In this document: positions 42,348 through 51,806 of the stretch, in pieces
Layout: each line of letters begins with the position of its first letter
How positions within the stretch are numbered: the stretch's first letter is position 1
NCBI GenBank assembly: GCA_019747905.1
Contig: JAIEQG010000013.1
Span: forward strand, 50,482 to 114,481
Reading direction: 5' to 3'
Source: Burkholderiales bacterium
GTDB lineage: Bacteria > Pseudomonadota > Gammaproteobacteria > Burkholderiales > Ga0077523
DNA: 64,000 nt
Made by a program: the position numbers and the translations under genes
The notes under the pieces: model-generated
What the model was told of the DNA's origin: nothing
Database searches by the model: none
What the model saw: only the letters and a program-made list of their open reading frames with translations

Positions 42348-42968
42348 TCAACTCGCCGAGGGGTTCATGCCGCGCTGCACCGCAGGCCGCGCGGCCATGG
42401 TAGCAGCCCAACGCTGCAGGTTGGCGAGGCCTCCAGCCGAGTCCAGCAGCGCCTTGCGCGCCACGAAACCTGGATAGAGCATCACGTCCGCGACGCTGAT
42501 CTCGCCCGCGAGGAAATCGCGCCCTTCGAGCTGCCGATCGCAGTCGCGGAAGAAGTTCACCAGCCGCTTCTGGAAGTACTCCGAATTGCCTGGCGTCTTG
42601 TCGGGAATCGAGTTGTCGATGCGGAACAACGCACCGCTGGTGCCAGCGACGTCGCTCGTCGCCTGCATCAGCCATTGCAGGGCGATGCATCGGGTGAGCG
42701 GGTCCTTGGGCACGAGGCGCCCGGTCTTCTCGGCGGCGTACAGGATGATCGCGGCCGATTGGGTCAGCGTGAACGGCTTGCCGCCGGGGCCGTCGGAATC
42801 GACGATCGCCGGAATCATTCCCGCCGGATTCACCTTGAGATACTCGGGCGTGCGACTCTCGCCCTTCGCGAGGTCGAGCTTGTGCAGACGGTAGGGCAGG
42901 CCGCACTCTTCCATCGCCAGCGTGGCTCGATAGCCGTTGGCAGTCGGCCCAAAGTACAAGTCGATCAT
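42348..42968 (-). CDS. glutathione S-transferase
   Basis: MIDLYFGPTANGYRATLAMEECGLPYRLHKLDLAKGESRTPEYLKVNPAGMIPAIVD...LTQSAAIILYAAEK. Confidence 0.9.
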   Translation of the reverse strand: MIDLYFGPTANGYRATLAMEECGLPYRLHKLDLAKGESRTPEYLKVNPAGMIPAIVDSDGPGGKPFTLTQSAAIILYAAEKTGRLVPKDPLTRCIALQWLMQATSDVAGTSGALFRIDNSIPDKTPGNSEYFQKRLVNFFRDCDRQLEGRDFLAGEISVADVMLYPGFVARKALLDSAGGLANLQRWAATMAARPAVQRGMNPSAS

Positions 42969-43012
42969 CTTCGCTCCTGCGTCTTTGACGTGAGTCTACA
43001 GCGCGCCCGAGG

Positions 43013-44260
43013 TCACGGATACGCGAACGGCATCGGATAGGGTCGGCCGAACGGGCGTCCGGCGCGTATCGCCTGGATCGGCTTCAGCCAGCGGTTCCCT
43101 TGGCGACGATTGCCGCGCGTGTCGACGAACGTGACCGGTTCTTCGACGAGCAGCAGGATCGACACGTCCGCGGGTGCGCCGACTTCGAGCGTGCCGAGCT
43201 TTTCCACGCGACCGATCACGCGGGCGGGATTGACGGTGGCCATGGCGATGACCTGTTCGAGAGCGACGCCCAGGTTGAGGAACTTGCTCATCACCCACGG
43301 CAGGTAAGGCTGCCCCGGGGTATTGCCGCTGACCGCGTGGATGTCGCTGCTGATCGTGTCGGGAACGAGCCCCTGGGCCATGGCCGGTTCGGCCACCGTG
43401 TAGTCGAAGCTGCCGCCACCGTGTCCGACATCGATGATGACGCCGCGCTGCTTCGCGGCAAGTGCAGCGGGCACCACCCTGTCGCCTTGAACGACATTGT
43501 TCCCGGCACCGCTGTAGGCGTGGGTGAGGATGTCGCCGGGGCGCAGCAGATCGAGCACGGCCGGGAGCTCGCCCGGCGCATCGCCGATGTGGCATTGCAC
43601 GCGGAAGCCGGGCCCTGCGCGCTCTGCTGCGGCGATGGCGCGAACGAGAGGCTCGAGGCCGTGGGTGCCCACGACGTTCTTCGACATCCGCACTTTCACG
43701 CCCAGGGCCACGTCGGCATTCTCGGCGACCGTCTTCGCCGTCGCGTCCACGTCGGCGTAGTCGATGTTGAGCGTTTCCCCCACCGGAAACCCGGCGAGGC
43801 CGATGCGCGAGATGTGCACGAACGCGAAGATGCGCGAGCGCGCCTGCGCGATGATGTAGTGCCGCAGCGCGGAGAAGTTGCCTGCCCCGGCGTCACCGGC
43901 AGACACGTAGGTGGTCGTCGCGGTGAACGGCGCCAGCTCGTCGGCCGGCAGACCCAGGGCCGAGCCTTGCGCGTACACGTGGGCGTGCAGATCCACCAGG
44001 CCAGGGACAACCAGATGCCCGCTCGCGTCGATGGCCTGCAGCGCGCGGCTGGCGTCGATCGACGGCTCGACCGCGGCGACGCGACCCCAGCGGATGCCGA
44101 CGTCGCGATGGCCACGCAAGGATTGCGAGGGGTCGACCACCTCGCCGCCGCGGATTACCAGGTCGAACTTCTCGTCGGCGAACGCGGTCAAGCTCGCTGC
44201 CGCCAGCACGCTGCCTCGGCGCAGGAATGCGCGCCGTTCCGGTCGGGTCGGTTGGTTCAT
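43013..44260 (-). CDS. Tat-signal amidohydrolase/deacetylase-family metallohydrolase
   Basis: The Tat motif is RRAFLRRGSVLAAA. Sequence FDLVIRGGEVVDPSQ...GHLVVPGLVDLHAHVY. Confidence 0.85.
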   Translation of the reverse strand: MNQPTRPERRAFLRRGSVLAAASLTAFADEKFDLVIRGGEVVDPSQSLRGHRDVGIRWGRVAAVEPSIDASRALQAIDASGHLVVPGLVDLHAHVYAQGSALGLPADELAPFTATTTYVSAGDAGAGNFSALRHYIIAQARSRIFAFVHISRIGLAGFPVGETLNIDYADVDATAKTVAENADVALGVKVRMSKNVVGTHGLEPLVRAIAAAERAGPGFRVQCHIGDAPGELPAVLDLLRPGDILTHAYSGAGNNVVQGDRVVPAALAAKQRGVIIDVGHGGGSFDYTVAEPAMAQGLVPDTISSDIHAVSGNTPGQPYLPWVMSKFLNLGVALEQVIAMATVNPARVIGRVEKLGTLEVGAPADVSILLLVEEPVTFVDTRGNRRQGNRWLKPIQAIRAGRPFGRPYPMPFAYP

Positions 44261-44408
44261 GGGCGTGAGCGTGCCACTGCCTGGGACGGCGGTCCAGCGG
44301 TGCCGGGTATCATCGGCCCCTCGCCTTGAATTCGATGGATTCGCTCACCACCTGCACGTGGTCAAGTCCGACCCGTCACGCTTCGCTCCCGTCTTCGAAG
44401 GAATCGTA

Positions 44409-45011
44409 GTGCCACCCGTTACCCAGGCCCTGCTCGGGCTCAACATCATCGCCTTTGCGTTGCAGGGCATGTTCGGCTTTGGTCTCGAAGCCAATTTCGC
44501 CCTGTGGCCGCCGGCCCAGATCAACCATCCGCAGATTCCGCATTTCGAGCTGTGGCAGGTGCTGACCTACGGCTTCCTGCACGGCAATTTCTGGCACCTC
44601 GCTTTCAACATGCTGGGGCTCTGGATGCTCGGCCGCGACGTGGAGCGTGCGCTGGGTTCGCGTCGCTATCTCCAGTACTACCTCTCGTGTGTCATCACTG
44701 CGGCGCTCGCGCAGCTGGCGGTGATGAGCCTCACGAATGCGCCGCCGTATCCGACGGTCGGTGCCTCCGGTGGCGTTTTCGGCGTGCTGCTCGCTTATGG
44801 CCTGTTGTTCCCGCGCCGCATCGTGATGCTGCTCATCCCACCGATTCCGCTGCCGGCGCGCTGGTTCGTGATCATCTATGGGCTGATCGAACTGTTTCTC
44901 GGCGTCACCGGTACGCAATCCGGCGTCGCGCATTTCGCGCACCTCGGCGGACTGGCGGGTGGCTTCTTCCTGCTGCAGTACTGGCGACGGCGGTGGCCGT
45001 TCTCGCGGTGA
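44409..45011 (+). CDS. rhomboid-family intramembrane serine protease
   Basis: The probable GTG start at 44409 has AAGGAA upstream; an alternative GTG lies at 44358. Sequence WQVLTYGFLHGNFWHLAFNMLGLW...GASGGVFGVLLAYG...AHFAHLGGLAGG gives the Ser and His catalytic motifs. Confidence 0.85.
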   Translation: MPPVTQALLGLNIIAFALQGMFGFGLEANFALWPPAQINHPQIPHFELWQVLTYGFLHGNFWHLAFNMLGLWMLGRDVERALGSRRYLQYYLSCVITAALAQLAVMSLTNAPPYPTVGASGGVFGVLLAYGLLFPRRIVMLLIPPIPLPARWFVIIYGLIELFLGVTGTQSGVAHFAHLGGLAGGFFLLQYWRRRWPFSR

Positions 45012-45021
45012 CGGCTTTGCC

Positions 45022-46518
45022 TCAACCGCCCACAAATGCGATTCCGTTCGGTTTCGTCCGGATTCCAGGCGCCAATCGCTTCCACGGAAAGTCCGACGGA
45101 TCGGCCAGCATCGGCCCCGGTGCCTTGCACACCAGGATCTCCTCGGCGATGGGCGTGAAGTCGGCGCGGAAATGCACCGAGCTCTTGTTGACGAGGATAC
45201 CCTCGCGCGTTGGTTCGATGCCGACGAAGCGATACATCTCCTGATCGGCCATCTGCGGCTTCTCGCACGCCACCACGACGCGCACGCCGCCGATGCGCAG
45301 GCAGGCGGAGGGCCCCAGCGTCATGCGCGCGCCGCGATAGAACGGCCCGGTGCAGGTGAAGCGACCGTCGGACAAGTTCTCCACGGTGAAGCGTGCCTGG
45401 AACGGCGCATCGCCGGGGATGCGCGACTTGCCGCCGAGCGCGATGTCCAGGCTGGCCCCGACGCCCACGGCGTGCGCAGCCCGTGCCGCTTCGGGGTCGA
45501 CGATGAGTCCCATCGCCGCCCGCTGCGCATTGGCGCCCACGAGCGCCCGCAGCATGCCGGTCGTGTCCGAGTTTCCACCGGCACCCGGATTGTCCTGCGT
45601 GTCGGCGATGACGACCGGCCGGGCCGCGCGCCCGGCCACCGCGATCGCGCGGCGCACACCTTCCTCCGGCGACAGCACTTCGAGAGCGAAATCGGATTCA
45701 CGGGCCTCGACCGCTTCGCACAGCCGCTGGGCGGCACAGGCGACGCCGCCGGGATCGTCGCCGTAGGCAAAGACGACCGGCCCGCACTCGGGGAAATCCG
45801 CTGCCGGAAAGCCGGGCGTGAACGATGCGGAAGCGACCCCGCTGCCTTCGAAACGCGGCAGCTCGCGATACAGCGACTGCGTCGGTTCGAGCATCGTGCA
45901 TTGGGAGCCGAGCGGGATGAGGAACGGCACACGCTTCACCGCGACGTGCGGCTTCGAGGCGCCATCGAAACGGCGCTGCAGCAGCGCGGCAGCCCGCGCG
46001 CCGGTTTCGGCCATGTCCACGTGCGGGTAGGTACGGTACGCCACCAGGGCTTCGGCGTTTTCCACCATGCGCTGCGTGACATTCGCGTGCAGGTCGAGGC
46101 TGGCGACCACCGGCACGTTCGGGCCCACGACCTTGCGGATGCGGGCCAGGAGTTCGCCTTCACCATCGTCCAGGTGTTCGGTGACCATAGCGCCGTGCAG
46201 ATCGAGGTAGACCGCATCCACCCCCTGCGCCCGCTTGATGCCGCCGACGATCAGGTCGGCGAAGCGTTCGAACGCGTCCTCCGTCACGTGGGCCGAGGGG
46301 CTGGCGGCGGCCCAGGCAGTCGGCATCAGGTGATGCCTGGCCTTCATCGCGTCGATGAAGCCAGCGATCGGCAGGTTGATGCCGGCAACGCCGTCGAACA
46401 GGTCACCGCCCGTCAGCAAGGGCGGCCAGCCGCCGCCGCGCGCGAACGCGTCGAAGTCGGCCTTGCTGGGGGCGAATGTGTTGGTCTCGTGCTGGAAGCC
46501 GCCGATCGCGATGCGCAT
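45022..46518 (-). CDS. M81-family metallopeptidase (MlrC/microcystinase C-like)
   Basis: The start is MRIAIGGFQHETNTFAPSKADFDAF (ATG 46518). 498 aa. Confidence 0.85.
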   Translation of the reverse strand: MRIAIGGFQHETNTFAPSKADFDAFARGGGWPPLLTGGDLFDGVAGINLPIAGFIDAMKARHHLMPTAWAAASPSAHVTEDAFERFADLIVGGIKRAQGVDAVYLDLHGAMVTEHLDDGEGELLARIRKVVGPNVPVVASLDLHANVTQRMVENAEALVAYRTYPHVDMAETGARAAALLQRRFDGASKPHVAVKRVPFLIPLGSQCTMLEPTQSLYRELPRFEGSGVASASFTPGFPAADFPECGPVVFAYGDDPGGVACAAQRLCEAVEARESDFALEVLSPEEGVRRAIAVAGRAARPVVIADTQDNPGAGGNSDTTGMLRALVGANAQRAAMGLIVDPEAARAAHAVGVGASLDIALGGKSRIPGDAPFQARFTVENLSDGRFTCTGPFYRGARMTLGPSACLRIGGVRVVVACEKPQMADQEMYRFVGIEPTREGILVNKSSVHFRADFTPIAEEILVCKAPGPMLADPSDFPWKRLAPGIRTKPNGIAFVGG

Positions 46519-46678
46519 GCTGGTAACCGGTGAACGATGTCGAAGAGCACGCATTGTGGCGGTGGCGACGCGGAGCGCGCAACGCCGCCATGGCGGAAGG
46601 ATGGCTGTGGCCGGCAGGGCCCGCGACCGGGCTGCGCCCGATGCGGCATCATGGCGGCCTTCGGACCGGGAGGAGCTC

Positions 46679-47671
46679 ATGAAGATCTGCATGATCGGCG
46701 CCGGCGCCATGGGTGGTGTCTACGGTGGCCTGCTGCTGCGCGCCGGATTCGACGTCACGCTGGTGGACGTGCGCAAGGACCATCTCGAGGCGATTCGCCG
46801 CGACGGGTTGAAGGTGGAGGGCGTGCGCGGCGAACACGTCATCGCGATCGACGCCCACGAGAGCGCCGACAACCTGGCGTCGTTCGACCTCGCCATCGTG
46901 TTCACGGACGCCAACGCAACGCAGGATGCCGCTGCCTTCGCGGCGCGAATCCTGAAGCCCGACGGCTTTGCGATGACCTTGCAGAACGGCATCGGCAACG
47001 TCGAAGCGCTGATCGGTGCCCTCGGGCGCGAGCGCGTGGTCGCGGGCGTCAGCATGAACAGTGCGGCGAATCCGGCGCCCGGCCGCTCGGCGTACACGAA
47101 CGCCGGCATGACCTCGATCGGCGAACTCGACGGCCGCGACACACCGCGGATTCGCGAAGTGGCGCGGATGCTGAACGCCGCCGGCATCGAAACCGAGATC
47201 GTTTCCGATCCGATGAGCTACATCTGGAGCAAGTTCGTGCTGAACTGCGGCATCAATGCATTGACCGCGGTGACCGGACTGCGCAGCGGCGAGATGTATC
47301 GCACGCCGGAAGTCAATGCGCTGCAGGACCGCGTCATCGACGAGATCCTGCTGGTGATCGAACGCAAGGGCGTCAAGCTGGCCGAGCCCGATCCGCGCAA
47401 GAAGATCAAGGAACACTGCCGCATCCGCTACAACAAGCCGTCGATGATGCAGCACATCGAGCAGGGCCGCCGCACCGAGATCGACGCGATCAACGGCGCG
47501 CTGGTGCGTGAGGCGCGTGCACTGGGGTTGTCGGTGCCCTACAACGAAGCCGTCGTCGCCATCGTGAAGGGCCTCGAGAAGAGCCGGCGCCAGACGCTGC
47601 ACGAACCGCCTATCGACTACAAGCAGCGCGAGGCGGAAGCGGAGGCGGAGGTCGCGGCGGGGAAGAAGTAG
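46679..47671 (+). CDS. ketopantoate reductase family (2-dehydropantoate 2-reductase-like)
   Basis: ATG at 46679 after GGAGGAG. Sequence MKICMIGAGAMGGVYGGLLLRAGFDVTLV...KPSMMQHIEQGRRTEIDAINGALV. Confidence 0.85.
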   Translation: MKICMIGAGAMGGVYGGLLLRAGFDVTLVDVRKDHLEAIRRDGLKVEGVRGEHVIAIDAHESADNLASFDLAIVFTDANATQDAAAFAARILKPDGFAMTLQNGIGNVEALIGALGRERVVAGVSMNSAANPAPGRSAYTNAGMTSIGELDGRDTPRIREVARMLNAAGIETEIVSDPMSYIWSKFVLNCGINALTAVTGLRSGEMYRTPEVNALQDRVIDEILLVIERKGVKLAEPDPRKKIKEHCRIRYNKPSMMQHIEQGRRTEIDAINGALVREARALGLSVPYNEAVVAIVKGLEKSRRQTLHEPPIDYKQREAEAEAEVAAGKK

Positions 47672-47715
47672 GCGTCTTCGACGGGCTTGACCGTCCTCGG
47701 CTTGCCGAGGTTGGT

Positions 47716-47806
47716 GGCCCCATCCCAACCTTCCCCCAGCGCAGCTGGGGGAAGGGGCGGTACATCCCCTCCCCCACTGAAAGTGGGGGAGGGTCAGGGT
47801 GGGGGC
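47716..47806 (+). repeat. nested-hairpin intergenic repeat, family 1 (two internal hairpins)
   Basis: GGCCCCATCCCAACC, then CCTTCCCCCAGC-gca-GCTGGGGGAAGG, then CCCTCCCCCACT-gaa-AGTGGGGGAGGG, then GGTCAGGGTGGGGGC. It lies between convergent gene ends (47671 and 47819). Confidence 0.8.
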
Positions 47807-47818
47807 AATCCGACAGGC

Positions 47819-48772
47819 CTATGCGGAACTCCGTGCACGCCGTGGTGCCTGCGCCAATTTGCCCGGCTGCCGAGCCTCGTCCAGCAGCCACTGCTCCAAC
47901 GCCCGCACTGCACGTCTGTTGCGTGCGGCGGCATCGATCACCAGGTAATAGGCGCGGGGTGACGCGAGGCGGCTCGTGAACGGTGCGACCAGTCGGCGCT
48001 CGGCGAGGAGATGGTCGACCAGTGGGGAACGCCCCAGCGCCACGCCTTGGCCGGCGACCGCCGCGAGGATCACCTCGTCGTAGTTGGTGAAGCTCAGCGT
48101 GGTGGCCGGCTGCAGGTCCGTGAGGTGGATCGCTTTCAACCACGGGTCCCAGTCGGTCGGCATGCCTGCATCCGCCGGCAGCAGCATCTGCAGCAACGGG
48201 AAGTGCCGTAGGTCCTCCGGCGTGTGCAAGCCGTGCCTCGTGCGTTTCAACAGGGCCGGCGAGCACACCGGTTGCACCGTTTCCGCGAACAGCTGCGTGC
48301 CGTCGATCGATCCGACCGGCGCGTAGCGGATCGCCACGTCGATATCGTCGCCGCGCAGGTCGCGGCGGCGGAAGCTCGCGTCGATGCGCACGTCGATGCC
48401 GGGGTGGGCCTGCGTGAATGCAGCCAGCCGCGGAATCAGCCAGAGCGAGGCGAGCCCTGGCGTCGTCGTGAGGGCGAGCACCTGACGCTGATTCGGCTGC
48501 CGAATGCGGGCCACGGTCGTTCTGAGCTCCGCGAGCAGGCCGGTGCAGGTTTCGAACAGGCGCTGCCCTTCGTCGGTCAACGCGAGGGCGCGGTGACGGC
48601 GCCGGAACAGGGGCACGCCCAGGTCGTCTTCCAGAGCCTTGATGCGCCGGCTCATGGCGGACTGCGTCACGAAGCGCTCGACGGCCGCCTTGGTGAACGA
48701 CAGGTGTCGCGCGGCCGCCTCGAACTCCACGAGCAGTTCCAGCGGGGGCAGGCGGGTGGCGGCCTTTCGCAT
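47819..48772 (-). CDS. LysR family transcriptional regulator (GcvA-like)
   Basis: LPPLELLVEFEAAARHLSFTKAAVERFVTQSAMSRRIKALEDDLGVPLFRRRHRALALTDEG. Confidence 0.9.
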   Translation of the reverse strand: MRKAATRLPPLELLVEFEAAARHLSFTKAAVERFVTQSAMSRRIKALEDDLGVPLFRRRHRALALTDEGQRLFETCTGLLAELRTTVARIRQPNQRQVLALTTTPGLASLWLIPRLAAFTQAHPGIDVRIDASFRRRDLRGDDIDVAIRYAPVGSIDGTQLFAETVQPVCSPALLKRTRHGLHTPEDLRHFPLLQMLLPADAGMPTDWDPWLKAIHLTDLQPATTLSFTNYDEVILAAVAGQGVALGRSPLVDHLLAERRLVAPFTSRLASPRAYYLVIDAAARNRRAVRALEQWLLDEARQPGKLAQAPRRARSSA

Positions 48773-48902
48773 GCGGTTACGGAATGGCAGGCATTCGGAG
48801 AATTCGTTTGAGACGGTATTTCTGTAGGGAGAGTATTCGATCTCCGATCGATCAAGGTCAAGACCTTCTCATGCTGCAAAAGCATGCAAGCCGGAGATTC
48901 GC

Positions 48903-49469
48903 ATGAACTGGTTCCACTCGCTCCCCGTTCGCACCCGCGGTGTCCGCGGCTCCCCGTCCAGCCTGGTCGACAGCGTCCTGCTTGCGGATGGACGAAGCGT
49001 GACCGTGCGGCCGGTGTTGCCGACGGACCTGGAGGCCGAGCGCCGCTTCGTCGTCGACTTGTCGCCGCAGTCGCGCTGGCAGCGCTTCCATCTGGGCATT
49101 GCGTCCCTGTCCGACGAGATGCTCCAGGCCTTCACTTGCATCGACTACCGCACCCACGTGGCGCTGATCGCCGCGCGCGATGACGATGCCGGGCCCGTCA
49201 TGGTCGCGGACGCCCGCTACGCAGTGCTCGCCGACACGGGCCATGCGGAGTTCGCCATTGCAGTGGCGGACGACTGGCAAGGGATCGGACTCGGGCGGGA
49301 GATGCTGGTCCGGCTCGGCATGCATGCGCGGCGCAGCGGACTCAGGAGGCTGTGCGGGGACATCGTGCGCGGCAATGCCGCGATGATCGGGCTCGCGCGC
49401 AACCTTGGCGGCCGCGTGTACTCGCATCCGGACGACATGCTGCTGATGCGCGTCAGTTTCGATTTCTAG
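48903..49469 (+). CDS. GNAT family N-acetyltransferase
   Basis: AEFAIAVADDWQGIGLGREMLVRLGMHARRSGLRRLCGDIVRGNAAMIGLARNLG is acetyl-CoA-binding motif A-like. Confidence 0.8.
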   Translation: MNWFHSLPVRTRGVRGSPSSLVDSVLLADGRSVTVRPVLPTDLEAERRFVVDLSPQSRWQRFHLGIASLSDEMLQAFTCIDYRTHVALIAARDDDAGPVMVADARYAVLADTGHAEFAIAVADDWQGIGLGREMLVRLGMHARRSGLRRLCGDIVRGNAAMIGLARNLGGRVYSHPDDMLLMRVSFDF

Positions 49470-49505
49470 ACACAATGCTCCCGTTGTTCCGGGAGGGATC
49501 GCACC

Positions 49506-49988
49506 ATGGTTGCACCGATGAGGAACCGCGCGGTGGTTGCATTCGAAGTCCCATTGCGCGCCAAGGCGTCGAACTATCCGGCGGAACTCGCCGCGTGCCT
49601 CGAGGGTCGTGAGAAGCGCCCGCTCGGCGACCTGTTCGGGTTGAAGAACTTCGGCGTCAACCTGACGCGCCTCGCCCCGGGCGCGCGCTCATCGTTACGG
49701 CATGCGCACAGCCTGCAGGACGAATTCGTCTACGTACTTGCCGGACGTCCGGTGCTGATCATGAACGATGGCGAGACGCCGCTGGCGCCGGGCATGTGCG
49801 CCGGATTTCCGGCCGGGACCGGCGATGCCCATCATCTGATCAATCGCAGCGACGAGGAGGTCTGGTATCTCGAAGTCGGTGACCGCACCGTGGGCGATGC
49901 GGCCAGCTATCCGGACGACGATCTGCAGGCGGTGAAGCTGAGCGACGGCGGCTGGGAGTTCCGGCACAAGGATGGGACGGCGTACTGA
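49506..49988 (+). CDS. cupin domain protein
   Basis: LRHAHSLQDEFVYVLAGRPVLIMNDGETPLAPGMCAGFPAGTGDAHHLIN. Confidence 0.8.
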   Translation: MVAPMRNRAVVAFEVPLRAKASNYPAELAACLEGREKRPLGDLFGLKNFGVNLTRLAPGARSSLRHAHSLQDEFVYVLAGRPVLIMNDGETPLAPGMCAGFPAGTGDAHHLINRSDEEVWYLEVGDRTVGDAASYPDDDLQAVKLSDGGWEFRHKDGTAY

Positions 49989-50006
49989 CGAGCGCGCCGG
50001 TCGCTT

Positions 50007-50098
50007 GCCCCCATCCCAACCTTCCCCCAGCGCAGCTGGGGGAAGGGGTGTACATCCCCTCCCCCACCATCAGTGGGGGAGGGTTAGGGTGGGGGGCC
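50007..50098 (+). repeat. nested-hairpin intergenic repeat, family 1 (two internal hairpins)
   Basis: Near-identical to 47716-47806. GCCCCCATCCCAACC, then CCTTCCCCCAGC-gca-GCTGGGGGAAGG, then CCCTCCCCCAC-catca-GTGGGGGAGGG, then GGTTAGGGTGGGGGGCC. It lies between convergent gene ends (49988 and 50120). Confidence 0.8.
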
Positions 50099-50119
50099 AG
50101 CGCTTGCCGGAGTCCCCCT

Positions 50120-51586
50120 CTAGGCGCCACCCCCGACGAAGATGTTCTTCTTCACGATCGCGTGCACCCCCCAATTGCCGTCGACCACCTGGGTGACGCC
50201 GAAGTCGACCGCCACCGACATCAGCGAGACCGCTTCGTCTTCGGTCAATCCCTGCGTCGTCATCAGGAAGTGGCGCATCTTGCGAAACGCGTCCTTGAGT
50301 GCGAGATCCACCGACGATTTTCCGTAGATCTCGGACTGCGCCTTCGCGCCGAGGTCGGCCAGGTAGTTGGGATAGCTGAACCCGTGCACCAGAAAATCGG
50401 TCTGCGTCTCGAGCAGCGGGAAGCCGAGCTTCTCGAGCGGCGTGCCGGCCAGCGTCGCTTTCTTGTGCAGGATCAGCTGGAACGTGCCGGTGAGCGAGCA
50501 TTCGATCGCGGTGCCGCACAGTTCCGAGTCGCCTTGGGAAGCGTGCGGATCGCCCACCGACAGCAAGGCACCGGGCACCGACACCGGGTAGTACAGCGTC
50601 GCTCCCTTGCCGATGCGCCAGTTGTCGATGTTGCCGCCGGTGTAGCTCGGCGGGATCGAGTCCACCATGTCGGCTTCCTTCGGGGCGAGACCCATCACAC
50701 CGAAGTGCGGCCGGATCGGCACGCGCACGTTCTTGAGCACCCCCCAGTTCTCCTTGATGGTGCTGTGGTCGACCGGTACACCCGGGTAGTCGATGATCTT
50801 GTGCACCACGCCGAACGGGTCGGTCTGAGGCGTCCAGCGGAAGTTGTAGAGCGCCTTGGCCCAGTCGCGCTCACCGCTCGCGTCGATTTCGTAGATGGTG
50901 ATCACTTCGCGCTTCTTCGGTTCCTCGATGAGGTCGTTGAAATGGAAGCCCCACCACGCGGCGGCGTTGCTGCCGAAGCTCTTGCCCTTGAACTCGGGAT
51001 TGGCGCTCGGGCGCGGCTTCACGTCGAGGATGCGCACCTCCAGGATGTCGCCCTCCTCGGCGCCCGCCACGGCGATCGGTCCGGTGCAGATGTGCACGCC
51101 GAGGCCTTCGCCTGCGCCGCGTCCGAACAGCGATGCGTCCATGGGACCGGCGCCGCGCCGGTCCACGCCCTTCTTCTTCTTGTCCCAGAAGTAGACGCTC
51201 TCGGCACCCGGGTCGCCCTTCACCATGCGCGCGTTGTCGTCGTTCGCGTGGTGCGTGAGAGTCTCGATGGTGACGAAGTCGCCGGACTGCACTTCCACCA
51301 GCGGCTTGAGAGACTTGCTGAAGTAGCCCCAGTGCACCGTGTCCGCGGTGGCCGGAATGGCGAAATGCGAGATGGTGCTGCGCTTCATCTCGGTCTTGGC
51401 GAGCGCGAGTGACGAGGTGCCGAGCCCGCCGAGCGCGGCTGCCGCGGCGCCGCTCGTCAGCGCGCCCTGCAGGAAACTGCGGCGCGAGGCGTCCGCGGGC
51501 TTCGGCAGATCCAGCGAGGACGTATCCAGCGGAACGTCGTGGTGGTGGTTCGGGTCACTGCAGCAGCCGTCGTGATGCTCGCTCAT
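50120..51586 (-). CDS. Tat-signal acetamidase/formamidase-family amidohydrolase with His/Cys-rich N-terminus
   Basis: ATG at 51586 with GGGGAGAC upstream. The N-terminus MSEHHDGCCSDPNHHHDVPLD is followed by SRRSFLQGALTSGAAAAALGG (twin-arginine). The family-like core includes GNIDNWRIGKGATLYYPV...GDPHASQGDSELCGTAIE. Confidence 0.85.
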   Translation of the reverse strand: MSEHHDGCCSDPNHHHDVPLDTSSLDLPKPADASRRSFLQGALTSGAAAAALGGLGTSSLALAKTEMKRSTISHFAIPATADTVHWGYFSKSLKPLVEVQSGDFVTIETLTHHANDDNARMVKGDPGAESVYFWDKKKKGVDRRGAGPMDASLFGRGAGEGLGVHICTGPIAVAGAEEGDILEVRILDVKPRPSANPEFKGKSFGSNAAAWWGFHFNDLIEEPKKREVITIYEIDASGERDWAKALYNFRWTPQTDPFGVVHKIIDYPGVPVDHSTIKENWGVLKNVRVPIRPHFGVMGLAPKEADMVDSIPPSYTGGNIDNWRIGKGATLYYPVSVPGALLSVGDPHASQGDSELCGTAIECSLTGTFQLILHKKATLAGTPLEKLGFPLLETQTDFLVHGFSYPNYLADLGAKAQSEIYGKSSVDLALKDAFRKMRHFLMTTQGLTEDEAVSLMSVAVDFGVTQVVDGNWGVHAIVKKNIFVGGGA

Positions 51587-51806
51587 GAATGGTGTCTCCC
51601 CGGTAGGCGAATGCATGCGTTGGGAATGCGAATTCCCGACGCGCCTTTTTGCAAGAGCGGGACCATGTGCGATGCACCGCGCACCGCACGCGGTTCTCGC
51701 TACCGATTCAGGGAGTTGTCTGCGTCGCAGCGCGAGCGGGTCAGGCCGTGGACGCACCGGCGCAGTGCGGCAGGCGCCGCACCGGCCTCACGGAAGCGCA
51801 CGAACC

